Under the pieces are notes generated by a model that did no database searches, was not told the DNA's origin, and saw only the letters and a program-made list of their open reading frames with translations. A program made the translations under genes and the position numbers. Shown here one piece after another: positions 43,298-52,419 of a DNA stretch of 64,000 nucleotides (position 1 is its first letter; every line of letters starts with the position of its first letter). This DNA is from Dehalococcoidia bacterium (lineage in GTDB: Bacteria; Chloroflexota; Dehalococcoidia; Lucifugimonadales; Australimonadaceae), in NCBI GenBank assembly GCA_034422795.1, contig DAOUJK010000041.1, forward strand, positions 17,455 through 81,454, given 5' to 3'.

Positions 43298-43490
43298 CCT
43301 CTACCTCGATGCGGCGAAGGTCAGGCGCAACCGAAGGGACAGGCGGCTCGAAATGGAGTTCCAGTGCCTCACGCAGGTTCGCGAGCGCCTCATCAACCGA
43401 CTCCCCCTGGCTGGCGACGTCGGCTTCTAAGGCTTGGGCGACGTACCACTGCCCCTCCTTCCAGACGCTCGCCGTGAACACTTGCTTCAT
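43284..43490 (-). CDS. hicB: HicB-family antitoxin (short form)
   Basis: FTASVWKEGQWYVAQALEADVASQGESVDEALANLREALELHFE is the HicB N-terminal fold pattern. 14-nt overlap with hicA. Confidence 0.8.
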   Translation of the reverse strand: MKQVFTASVWKEGQWYVAQALEADVASQGESVDEALANLREALELHFEPPVPSVAPDLRRIEVEVAAG

Positions 43491-43562
43491 CGGTCACGCT
43501 CCTGCTTCATCCGGGCTCGCGAGGTGCCGCCTCAGTCATCGTAGCACACACTTCGCGCTGCC

Positions 43563-45182
43563 CTACCGCTGCGACCCCTGTACGCGGGACTCGCGGCCTG
43601 CCCACTCGCGCTCGCGCAGCACGTACTTCTGTATCTTGCCCGTCGCGGTCTTGGGGAGGTCGCCGAACTCGACGTGCCGTGGCGCCTTGAAGCGCGCGAT
43701 GCGTTCCTGGCAGAAGGCGATGACCTCCTCGGCGGTGAGCGTCGCGCCCTCCCGTGGCGTGATGAACGCCTTGGGCGTCTCGCCCCAGCGGTCGTCCGGC
43801 ACGGCGATCACGGAGACCTCCAGCACGCCGGGGTGCTCCATGATGACCTTCTCCACCTCCTGGCTGGAGATGTTCTCGCCGCCGGAGATGATGACGTCCT
43901 TCGCCCGGTCCTTCAGCTCGATCTGGCCGTCGGGGTGCCAGACGCCGAGGTCGCCGGAGTGGAACCAGCCGCCCGAGAACGCCTTCGCCGTGGCGTCCGG
44001 GTCGTCCAGGTAGCCGGACATCACACCGTTGGAGCGCATCACGACCTCGCCCATCGTCTCGCCGTCACGCGGCACGTCGTTCATCTGCTCGTCGACGACG
44101 CGCAGGCCGGTCCCCGCGTGAACGTAGGGGACCCCCTGCTTCGCCTTGGCGAACGCCCGCTCTTCTGCGGTCATGTCGTCCCACGCCGGTTGGGGAACGC
44201 AGAGCGTGATGGGGCCGTAAGTCTCGGTGAGCCCGTACAGGTGGATGATGTTCGCGCCCATCCCCTCCATCGTGCGGACGACCTGCGGTGCGGGCGGAGC
44301 GCCGCCGGTGGCGATGGTGAGCCCGGAGAGGTCCTGCCCCTCCGCGGCGGGCGAGGAGTACATGCCGGTGAGCACCGTGGGCGCGCCGCACATGTTGGTG
44401 ACGCCGTGCCGCTTGATGAGCCGGTAGACCTCGGCGGGGTCGACGCGGCGCAGGCAGACGTGTGTGCCGGCGACGGCGGTGACTGCCCAGGTGTGGCACC
44501 AGCCGTTGCAGTGGAACATGGGGAGCGTCCAGAGGTAGACGCTGCGCCAGTTCAGACCGGTCTCGATGACCTCGCCGAGCGCGTTCAGGTACGCGCCGCG
44601 CGCGTGGTACTGGACGCCCTTGGGCATGCCGGTGGTGCCGGACGTGTAGTTGACGGTGATGATGTCCATCTCGGAGGCGATGGGGTCGCGGTGCTCGCCG
44701 TCCGGCGCGGACGCGAGGAACTCCTCGTACTCGGGGCCGGGGATGTCGTCGGCGCGCGGGACTTCGTCGACGACCTGCACGTAGAGGGATACGCCGGGGA
44801 CCTCGTCGCGCACCTGCCGGACGGTGGGCGCGAACTCGGAGTCGAACACCAGCACCCTCGCCTTCGAGTGGTTGAGGATGTAGGCGATCTCGCGCGGGGA
44901 GAGGCGAGTATTGATGGCGACGAGCGCCGCGCCGATGCTCATGGGGCCGTAGTGCGCCTCCAGCAGTGGCGGAAGGTTCGGGACGATGAACGCGACGCGG
45001 TCGCCTCGACCGACGCCGGCGCTCTTGAGCGCTCCGGCGAGCCGGTTCACGCGTTCGCGCAGCTCGCGGTAGGTGTAGACGCGCTCGCCATAGATGACGG
45101 CGGGCTTGTCCGGGTAGACGAACGCGCTCCGCTCCAGGAACGAGAACGGCTCCAGGTTCTGGTAGAAGACGCTGTTCTCCAT
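43563..45182 (-). CDS. AMP-dependent acyl-CoA synthetase/ligase
   Basis: YTSGTTGMPKGV AMP-binding motif, GWFHSGDLG, and a C-terminal ...PKTATGKIQK. GGAGG RBS before the ATG at 45182. Confidence 0.9.
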   Translation of the reverse strand: MENSVFYQNLEPFSFLERSAFVYPDKPAVIYGERVYTYRELRERVNRLAGALKSAGVGRGDRVAFIVPNLPPLLEAHYGPMSIGAALVAINTRLSPREIAYILNHSKARVLVFDSEFAPTVRQVRDEVPGVSLYVQVVDEVPRADDIPGPEYEEFLASAPDGEHRDPIASEMDIITVNYTSGTTGMPKGVQYHARGAYLNALGEVIETGLNWRSVYLWTLPMFHCNGWCHTWAVTAVAGTHVCLRRVDPAEVYRLIKRHGVTNMCGAPTVLTGMYSSPAAEGQDLSGLTIATGGAPPAPQVVRTMEGMGANIIHLYGLTETYGPITLCVPQPAWDDMTAEERAFAKAKQGVPYVHAGTGLRVVDEQMNDVPRDGETMGEVVMRSNGVMSGYLDDPDATAKAFSGGWFHSGDLGVWHPDGQIELKDRAKDVIISGGENISSQEVEKVIMEHPGVLEVSVIAVPDDRWGETPKAFITPREGATLTAEEVIAFCQERIARFKAPRHVEFGDLPKTATGKIQKYVLREREWAGRESRVQGSQR

Positions 45183-45316
45183 GCGTAGCCTCCGCTGATC
45201 GGCCGGATGCGGCGCTATTCTACGCATCAGGGGCCGGAAGTGGGGGTGACCGAGCGGGTGCTATCATCAGCGTGCGGGGCACAGACTGCCCTGATTTCCC
45301 ATTGAGGTGTTGTGCC

Positions 45317-45778
45317 GTGTCAGTTGCCGAGGACCGTCTGCAGGAGTTGGGGTTGGAGTTGCCGCAGGTGTCGACTCCGGTAGCGAACTACATACCCGCC
45401 GTTCGCACGGGCAACCTGCTGTTCGTGGCGGGTCAGGTGCCGCGTGGCGCGGACGGAGCGATGATCACCGGCAAGGTGGGCGCGGACATGGATGTCGACG
45501 ACGCGTACAACGCCGCGCGCGCCTGCGGCCTCTCCGCGCTGGCGGTGGCGAAGCGGGAGATCGGCGACCTCGACAACGTCGTGCGGGTCGTGCGCGTGAT
45601 GGGACTGGTGAACGCGACGCCGGACTACACGCAGCAACCGCAGGTGATCAACGGGTTCTCAGACCTGATGGTCGCGGTCTTCGGCGAGGCAGGACGCCAC
45701 GCGCGCGTCGCCTACGGCGCGGGGTCGCTGCCCGGCGGCGCGGCGGTGGAGGTCGAGTCCCTGTTCGAGGTGCGGTAG
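45317..45778 (+). CDS. RidA/YjgF/TdcF family protein
   Basis: NLLFVAGQVP...ARVAYGAGSLPGGAAVEVESLFEV is a typical RidA C-terminus. GTG start after GAGGTG. Confidence 0.8.
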   Translation: MSVAEDRLQELGLELPQVSTPVANYIPAVRTGNLLFVAGQVPRGADGAMITGKVGADMDVDDAYNAARACGLSALAVAKREIGDLDNVVRVVRVMGLVNATPDYTQQPQVINGFSDLMVAVFGEAGRHARVAYGAGSLPGGAAVEVESLFEVR

Positions 45779-45784
45779 GCCGCG

Positions 45785-46684
45785 CTACAGGCTCTCCTTG
45801 GCGGAGAGGCGGGCGGCGCGCAACGTGTTCGTGAGCAGCATGGCGATGGTCATGGGGCCGACGCCGCCCGGCACCGGCGTGATGGCGGACGCTTTCTCGG
45901 CCACCGCGTCATAGTCCACGTCACCCACGAGGCGGTAACCGGACTTCCGTGTCGCGTCGTCGACGCGATTGATGCCCACGTCGATTACGACCGCGCCATT
46001 GGCCACCATGTCTGCGGTGAGCGCGCGGGGCCTGCCTATCGCAGCGACGACGATGTCAGCCTGCAGGGTGAGAGTGGCCAGATCGCGCGTGCCGGTGTGG
46101 CAAACGGTGACGGTGGCGTTCGCGCCGGGAGCCTTCTGCATGAGCAGGGTGGCGAGCGGTTTCCCGACGATATTGCTGCGCCCCACGATGACGACGTGCT
46201 TCCCTGCGGGGTCGTTCCCGGTGCGAATGAGCATCTGCTGCACGCCGGCCGGCGTTGCCGGGAGGAACCCGGGACTGCCCTCCAACAAGCGTCCGCCGTT
46301 GATCGGGTGCATCCCGTCCACGTCCTTGTCCGGGTCTATGGCGAGGATGACCTCGCGCTCATCGATATGGGCTGGCAGCGGTAGCTGCACGAGGATGCCG
46401 TGGAAGCGAGGGTCGGCGTTGAGTTCTTCCACGAGGCCGATCAGCTCTTCCTGCGAGGTCTCCTCGGGCAACTCGAACGTTTCGCTGAACATCTCCGCCT
46501 CGTCGCAGGCGCGGCGCTTGTTCCGCACGTAGACGGCGGAGGCGGGGTCGTCGCCGACCAGTACCGCGGCGAGACCGGGCGTTACGCCCGAGCGCTCCTT
46601 GAACGAGCGGGTCTCTTCAGCGACTTCGCTCCGGATGTCCTCGGCCATCTGCTTGCCATCGATAACGGTCGCGGTCACGGACAT
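45785..46684 (-). CDS. folD: Bifunctional methylenetetrahydrofolate dehydrogenase/cyclohydrolase
   Basis: PGLAAVLVGDDPASAVYVRNKRRAC...GILVQLPLP...DVDG..P.N.G...VVIVGRSNIVGKP...PVPGGVGPMT. Confidence 0.95.
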   Translation of the reverse strand: MSVTATVIDGKQMAEDIRSEVAEETRSFKERSGVTPGLAAVLVGDDPASAVYVRNKRRACDEAEMFSETFELPEETSQEELIGLVEELNADPRFHGILVQLPLPAHIDEREVILAIDPDKDVDGMHPINGGRLLEGSPGFLPATPAGVQQMLIRTGNDPAGKHVVIVGRSNIVGKPLATLLMQKAPGANATVTVCHTGTRDLATLTLQADIVVAAIGRPRALTADMVANGAVVIDVGINRVDDATRKSGYRLVGDVDYDAVAEKASAITPVPGGVGPMTIAMLLTNTLRAARLSAKESL

Positions 46685-46770
46685 CGCCTCCGGAGGGGAT
46701 GTGTCGGATGATAGCAGCCGGTGAGCGCAAGGGCTGGTATGATGCGGCGCGTTGCAGATGGAGGAGGCAG

Positions 46771-47142
46771 GTGCAGGACATCTCTGTCGGCGTGGACATG
46801 ATTGAGATAGGGCGCATCGCCGCGGCGCTGGAGCGCTTCGGGACGCGTTTCCTGGAGCGGGTCTATACGCCGGACGAGATCGCGTACTGCCGGGGACGAG
46901 CGCCGCAACTCGCGGCACGGTTCGCTGCGAAAGAGGCAACGATGAAGGCGTTGGGCACTGGAACGAGAGGCATCGGTTGGCGCGAGGTTGAGGTGACGCG
47001 GAAGCGCAGCGGCGAACCGGAGATAGCTTTGCACGGCAGGGCGGACGCTCGCGCGCGCAAACTGGGGATAGACCGGATCGCGGTGAGCCTGTCGCATTCA
47101 CGTGCCTATGCGGTGGCGTCGGTCGTGGGGCGTCTGTCTTGA
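46771..47142 (+). CDS. acpS: Holo-[acyl-carrier-protein] synthase
   Basis: VGVDMIEIGRI...RFLERVYTPDEIAYC...ARFAAKEATMKALG...ISLSHS. GTG start after GGAGGAGG. Confidence 0.9.
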   Translation: MQDISVGVDMIEIGRIAAALERFGTRFLERVYTPDEIAYCRGRAPQLAARFAAKEATMKALGTGTRGIGWREVEVTRKRSGEPEIALHGRADARARKLGIDRIAVSLSHSRAYAVASVVGRLS

Positions 47143-48692
47143 AGGTCGTCACGTCCCGGGAGATGCGGCTCTTGGAGTCGCGTGCGGCGGATGCGGGGGT
47201 TTCAGCGGAGTCGCTGATGGAGAGCGCGGGGCTCACGGTCGCCCGGAGCATTGCGCACCGGCTGGACGGAGTGCGGAGCAAGCGCATCGTTGTGCTGGTG
47301 GGGCCGGGAAACAACGGCGGGGATGGAATGGTAGCGGCGCGTTACCTGGCGGACTGGGGGGCGGTGGTGACGCTGTACATGACGACGGCGCGACGGCGCG
47401 AGGACAAGTTCGAGGAGTGCCGCGAGCGCCGCTGCCGCGTGGTCGAGGCGTCGGAAGACCTCGAATGCTGGCAACTGGGCAGCTACGTTTCGCTCGCCGA
47501 CCTCGTGCTCGATGCGGTGCTCGGCATCGGCGCGCATCCGGGGCTCGATCCGGTCCTGCGCGCGATCTTCGAGTCAGTAGGGCAGATGCGGGAGCATTCA
47601 CCGCGCCCGCTGTTCGTCGCGCTCGACCTGCCTACCGGCGTCGATGCCGACACGGGCGAATGCGACGACGCTTCCTTCAACGCCGACGTGACCATCGCGC
47701 TCGGTGCCCCGAAAGTCGGACTCCTGCAGTTCCCGGGAGCCGGGCATACCGGAATGCTGGAGACGCTTCAGATTGGCTTGCCTGAGGGCGTGGACGACGG
47801 ACTACCGCTCGACCTCGTGGACGCCCCGCTTGCGGGCGGCCTGCTGCCTGTACGGCACGCGGACGGCCACAAGGGAAGTTTCGGGAACGTGGCTGTCGTA
47901 GGCGGCCACCGGCGGTACCTGGGCGCGCCGGTCCTGGCGGCGTCAGCGGCGTACCGGGTGGGGGCGGGGCTGGTGAGCCTCGCCGCGCCGGAGGGCGTGA
48001 GCCGTATCGCAGCGACGCAACTCGTGGAGCAGGTGCACGCACCGTTGGGGGAGACCGCGGAGGGCGGTGTCTCCGCCGAGGCCGCGGGAGTGGCGCGCGA
48101 GGTGCTGAGCGCCGCTTCAGCTGCGGTGGTCGGACCGGGTCTGGGTACAGAAGAGTCGTCAGCGTCCTTCCTGCGCGCGCTCCTGCTCACCGAGCCCGCG
48201 TTCCACACGCCCGTGGTCCTGGACGCGGACGCGCTGAACGTCCTGGCGAACGTGTACGGCTGGCCGCCGCTGCTGGCCGCGCCCGCCGTGCTGACGCCGC
48301 ACCCGGGCGAGATGGGGAGGCTGCTTGGCCGGCCTGCGCACGAGGTGCAGCAGGACCGCAGGGGGGCCGCGATGGCGTCGGCGGAGCAGTGGGGGCAGGT
48401 GGTAGTGCTCAAGGGGGCGCACACGGTGATCGCCGCGCCGGACGGTCGTGTCGCGCTCAGCCCGTTCGCGAACCCTGCGCTCGCCACGGCGGGGTCGGGT
48501 GACGTGCTCGCGGGCATCATCGGTGGCCTGCTGGCGCAGGGGATGGAGCGTTACGAGGCTGCAGTGGCGGGAGTGTACCTGCACGGGGCGGCGGCGGACC
48601 GCTGGAGCGCGGTGAACGGCAGCGGCGGGATGCTCGCGAGCGACCTGCTCACGCTGCTCCCGCGCGTCACGGAAGACGTGCGCTCTCGCTGA
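47139..48692 (+). CDS. nnr: Bifunctional NAD(P)H-hydrate repair enzyme (epimerase + ADP-dependent dehydratase)
   Basis: N-terminal YjeF_N (VVLVGPGNNGGDG) and C-terminal carbohydrate-kinase domain (HKGSFG...GSGDVLAG). TTG start overlaps the acpS stop. Confidence 0.9.
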   Translation: MKVVTSREMRLLESRAADAGVSAESLMESAGLTVARSIAHRLDGVRSKRIVVLVGPGNNGGDGMVAARYLADWGAVVTLYMTTARRREDKFEECRERRCRVVEASEDLECWQLGSYVSLADLVLDAVLGIGAHPGLDPVLRAIFESVGQMREHSPRPLFVALDLPTGVDADTGECDDASFNADVTIALGAPKVGLLQFPGAGHTGMLETLQIGLPEGVDDGLPLDLVDAPLAGGLLPVRHADGHKGSFGNVAVVGGHRRYLGAPVLAASAAYRVGAGLVSLAAPEGVSRIAATQLVEQVHAPLGETAEGGVSAEAAGVAREVLSAASAAVVGPGLGTEESSASFLRALLLTEPAFHTPVVLDADALNVLANVYGWPPLLAAPAVLTPHPGEMGRLLGRPAHEVQQDRRGAAMASAEQWGQVVVLKGAHTVIAAPDGRVALSPFANPALATAGSGDVLAGIIGGLLAQGMERYEAAVAGVYLHGAAADRWSAVNGSGGMLASDLLTLLPRVTEDVRSR

Positions 48693-49032
48693 GGCTGGAG
48701 TCTTCGCCTGCGGGCGGAACGGTCCGGCCCTGGTTCCTGCTCAGAGAGAGGACGATCTGCGCCGCGCGGTTGAAGTCCTCCCGATGGACGCGGATCGATG
48801 CGTGGTTCTGCGGCGTGGAACGGGTGATGTCGAACGTGGAGCTGGTCTTGAGTTGTGCCCTGATGCCCTGCTGGGTCAGTTCACGGTGGATGACGACGGC
48901 CCGGTCCCTCTGGGCTGCACCCCAGACCACGTGCACTTCCTTCCACAGCCGGGCCTCGCGGTACGCTCTGTAGTACCACAAGCCGCCTGCGATGAACGCC
49001 CCTACGACAGCGATGACGAATATCGCTTCCAC
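48667..49032 (-). CDS. Small membrane-anchored hypothetical protein (121 aa)
   Basis: N-terminal TM helix. GTG start after GAGGAA, 5 nt downstream of the coaBC stop. The 3' end overlaps nnr convergently by 26 nt. Confidence 0.5.
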   Translation of the reverse strand: MEAIFVIAVVGAFIAGGLWYYRAYREARLWKEVHVVWGAAQRDRAVVIHRELTQQGIRAQLKTSSTFDITRSTPQNHASIRVHREDFNRAAQIVLSLSRNQGRTVPPAGEDSSLSESARLP

Positions 49033-49036
49033 TTCC

Positions 49037-50251
49037 TCAGTGCTCCCCTGGGCGGTGCGCGTCCAGCAACGCTGCCACGCGGTCCAGGATGGCCATCGCT
49101 ACGTCGTATTTCCCCATGAACGGAAGTTCCGTGTCCCCGCTCTCATCCACGAGCCAGACCTTGTTCTCGTCCGAACCGAAACCCGCACCGGGTAGCGTGA
49201 TGTCGTTCGCGACGACGAGGTGCACGCCCTTGCCCTTCAGCTTGGAGCGGGCGTTCTTCAGCAGACCGCTGCTCTCGGCGGCGAAGGCGACCTTCACGAT
49301 GCCCTCCGGCGCGGTCGCGACGATGTCCACCGTGCGTTCGAGAGCGACGGACAGGTCGGCCATCGCCTCTTTCTTGAGCTTCTCGCCGCCCGGGTACGCC
49401 GGCCGGTAATCGGCGACGGCGGCCGCCATCACGAGGGCGTCGGCGGAGCTGGCAGCCTCCTGCACGGCGATGCGCATCTGCTCCGCCGTGTCGGCGCGCT
49501 CGACGCGCACGCCGGCGGGCGGGTCCAGCGCGGTGGGGGCGGTGACGAGCGTCACGTCGGCTCCGCGGTCCCGTGCTGCCTCCGCGATCGCGTAGCCCAT
49601 CTTGCCGGAGGAACGGTTGGTGATGACGCGCACCGGGTCGAGCGGTTCCTGTGTGCCGCCCGCGCTCACGACGATGCTCCGCCTGCGCAGGTCGCCGTTC
49701 GCTCCGATCGTCTGCGCGATACGCCCGAGCAGTTCCGGCGTCTCGGCGAGCCGTCCCCAGCCCGTGAGCCCGGAGGCGAGCCGTCCCTCGCCGGGGCCAA
49801 CGATGACCGCGCCGCGTTCCTCGAGCGTGTTCACGTTCTGTCGAACGGCGGGATGGTCCCACATGTTGGCGTCCATCGCGGGCGCGATAAGCAGGGGAGC
49901 GCTCGTCGCCAGCGCGGTCACGCTGATGGGGTCGTCGGCAAGACCGAGCGCAAGCTTCGCGAGCATGTGGGCGGTTGCGGGGGCGACGACAAGCACGTGC
50001 GCGGCCTGCGCGAGCGCGACGTGCTCGATCGCCTCAGGCGAATCGGGATCGAACAGGTCGGTGAGCACGGGCCGGTGGGTGACGCTCCGGAAGGTGAGCG
50101 GTGTAACGAACCGGGTGGCCGAGTGCGTCATCAGGACGTCCACTGCTGCACCGGCCTGCGTGAGCTTGCTGGCGAGGTCCGCGGCCTTGTAGGCAGCGAT
50201 GCTGCCGCTCACGCCGAGGAGCACCCGCTTGTCGTTGAAAGGGCTGCTCAT
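49037..50251 (-). CDS. coaBC: Bifunctional phosphopantothenoylcysteine decarboxylase / phosphopantothenate-cysteine ligase
   Basis: KRVLLGVSGSIAAYKAADLASKL flavoprotein N-domain, with a C-terminal CoaB domain (ITNRSSGKMG). Confidence 0.95.
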   Translation of the reverse strand: MSSPFNDKRVLLGVSGSIAAYKAADLASKLTQAGAAVDVLMTHSATRFVTPLTFRSVTHRPVLTDLFDPDSPEAIEHVALAQAAHVLVVAPATAHMLAKLALGLADDPISVTALATSAPLLIAPAMDANMWDHPAVRQNVNTLEERGAVIVGPGEGRLASGLTGWGRLAETPELLGRIAQTIGANGDLRRRSIVVSAGGTQEPLDPVRVITNRSSGKMGYAIAEAARDRGADVTLVTAPTALDPPAGVRVERADTAEQMRIAVQEAASSADALVMAAAVADYRPAYPGGEKLKKEAMADLSVALERTVDIVATAPEGIVKVAFAAESSGLLKNARSKLKGKGVHLVVANDITLPGAGFGSDENKVWLVDESGDTELPFMGKYDVAMAILDRVAALLDAHRPGEH

Positions 50252-51042
50252 CGCGCGCCTCCGGTCTGGGCGGGCTCGCGGTTCAGGCTGAATATGTGAC
50301 GGAGGCCCCGCAGCGTCAGTTCCGGGTCGACCACGTCGAACACGGGGGTCTGCTCGGCGATGAGCGGCACGAGCCCGCCGGTACCGACGACGGTTGCGTC
50401 CGGCGCTTCCATCTCGTCACGGAAGCGGCGCACCATCGATTCGACGAGTCCGGTGAAGCCGAACACAAGGCCCGAGTTGATCGAAGCTGAGGTGTTCTTG
50501 CCGATGGCGTGCTCAGGCGCGGTGAGGTCCACGCGGCGGAGCATGGACGTGTTCGCGGCGAGCGCGTCCCCCGCGAGACCCACGCCGATCGAGATCGCGC
50601 CTCCGAGGTAATCGCCGTCCGCGGTCACCGCGTCGAAGACCGTGGCCGTGCCGAGGTCCACGACGATGGCGGGCCCGCCGTAGTAGTGCAGGGCTGCGGC
50701 GGCGTCCACCACGCGGTCCGCGCCCACGTCGTGCGGGCTCTGGTACAGGATGCGGATGCCGGTGCGCGTTCCGGCTCCAACGACAACGGGATCGCAGGAG
50801 AAGAGTGAGCGAGCGACCTCCTCGAACACGCCTGTAAGCGGTGGTACGACGCTGCAGAGCGCGGCGTCCGTGACGTCGCTCATGGAGATGCCCTTCAGAG
50901 GCAGCAGTTCGCGCAGTTGGAGGGCGTACTCGTCCGTGAGACGTCGTGAGTCGGTGGAGAGTCGCCAGCTTGCGACGAGGTCGTCACCGTCGAACGCCCC
51001 GATGGTGATGTTGGTGTTGCCTATGTCCAGCGTGAGGAGCAT
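50248..51042 (-). CDS. coaX: Type III pantothenate kinase
   Basis: MLLTLDIGNTNITIGAF... and ...VDLGTATVFD... motifs. 4-nt overlap with coaBC. Confidence 0.9.
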   Translation of the reverse strand: MLLTLDIGNTNITIGAFDGDDLVASWRLSTDSRRLTDEYALQLRELLPLKGISMSDVTDAALCSVVPPLTGVFEEVARSLFSCDPVVVGAGTRTGIRILYQSPHDVGADRVVDAAAALHYYGGPAIVVDLGTATVFDAVTADGDYLGGAISIGVGLAGDALAANTSMLRRVDLTAPEHAIGKNTSASINSGLVFGFTGLVESMVRRFRDEMEAPDATVVGTGGLVPLIAEQTPVFDVVDPELTLRGLRHIFSLNREPAQTGGAR

Positions 51043-51082
51043 GAGGAGATTATACCCCCCTCACGAGTAGCGGCACTTCTCC

Positions 51083-52303
51083 CTACTCGTTCCGGGCGCC
51101 GCGCGCCCCCATCAGGGCAACGATCACGACAAGGATGAGAACGAAGGTGGCGACCTCCAGGAGGAAGACGCTCCGCAGTCCCCAGGTCACCACCATCGCA
51201 CCGCCTGCCAACGGTCCAAGGGCCACGCCTGCCGCGTGCGATAGCTGCGCCGAGCCGAACGCCGCTCCGTGCTGCCCGCTGGGGGTCCGGAGCGCGATCA
51301 GTCCGTTGACGAGTCCGGAGAGGCCGCCGGAGAAGAGCGCGATGGCAGCGAACCCGGCGGTCAGCGTGAGGTAGTCGTTCGCGAAGTAAGGGACGAGCGC
51401 CGCGAATGCGGCCAACACCGTCCCGACGATGAACACGCGCTGCAGCCCCACCTTCGGAGCGAGCCAGCCCATCGCCACGGAAGAGACCGCGGAGGCGATT
51501 CCACCGGCGGCAAACACGACGCCGGATGCGGTGCCGGTACGCGAGCCGCCCTCGACGATACCGGCGAGCCCGGGGATGGCCGGCTGCATCACCAGGTGTG
51601 CGGAGAGTATGAGAAAGACGATGGCGTAGAGAGGAAGCATCTGCCGGGACGTGCTCAGCCGCCAGAGAACGAGGAGCGGCTGCGTGAAGCCCAGGGAGGA
51701 TTCCGCCGGATGGAAGTCCTCCCGTACGAGAAGGACGACGATGATGGCGGATGCCCACAGCACTATCCCGGTGGCGACGAAGGCCGCCTTGAGCCCCATG
51801 GCATCGTAGATGACGCCTCCGAGGAAGGGTCCGAATGCGATGCCGATGAACAGGCCGGACTGGACGATGCCGGCCGCGAACGGAAGTCGTTCCCTGGGCG
51901 TTTCCGCTGCGACGAGGGCCATGATGGTCGGCACCACGCCGCTGGTCGCGCCGATGACGAACCGTGAGGCCATGAGTTGGAACGGCGTCTGCGAGAAACC
52001 GGAGATCGTGAGGAAGAAGCCGCCAAGGATGAGCGCCCGCAGAACGTTCAGCTTGCGCCCGTAGCGGTCTCCCAGCACGCCCCAGATGGGGCTGGAGATT
52101 CCCATGCCCAGGCCGAACACCCATCCGGCCAGTCCGGCCCAGAACGCGGCGCGCTCTGTGGAGAACCCACCCAGGTCCTCGAAGAAGAGCGGGTAGAAGG
52201 GGAACGTGAAGGAGAATCCGAGTGTCGTCCCCACCTGCGCGAACCATAGCGCGATCAGGTTCGTTTTCCAGGAGACGGGGCGGGAAAGCTGCTCGACGGA
52301 CAC
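51083..52303 (-). CDS. MFS transporter
   Basis: 406 aa, 12 TM segments, GVLGDRYGRKLN loop motif. Confidence 0.8.
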   Translation of the reverse strand: MSVEQLSRPVSWKTNLIALWFAQVGTTLGFSFTFPFYPLFFEDLGGFSTERAAFWAGLAGWVFGLGMGISSPIWGVLGDRYGRKLNVLRALILGGFFLTISGFSQTPFQLMASRFVIGATSGVVPTIMALVAAETPRERLPFAAGIVQSGLFIGIAFGPFLGGVIYDAMGLKAAFVATGIVLWASAIIVVLLVREDFHPAESSLGFTQPLLVLWRLSTSRQMLPLYAIVFLILSAHLVMQPAIPGLAGIVEGGSRTGTASGVVFAAGGIASAVSSVAMGWLAPKVGLQRVFIVGTVLAAFAALVPYFANDYLTLTAGFAAIALFSGGLSGLVNGLIALRTPSGQHGAAFGSAQLSHAAGVALGPLAGGAMVVTWGLRSVFLLEVATFVLILVVIVALMGARGARNE

Positions 52304-52419
52304 GTACAGCAGGATAGCACTCGGCGTGCCGGGGGCTGGACTCGACAGCCTTCCACGAGTTGAATGCCGCGTCTGCTAACATGAAGGCCCCATACCCCAG
52401 CGCCTCGGAGCCCCTGCGC

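Noticed and set aside
52304-52419. Possible T-box or other leader upstream of valS (the argS upstream region 13899-14009 was also checked).
   Set aside because: The intergenic regions are only about 110 nt, too short for a T-box. I saw no specifier-loop or T-box consensus sequence.
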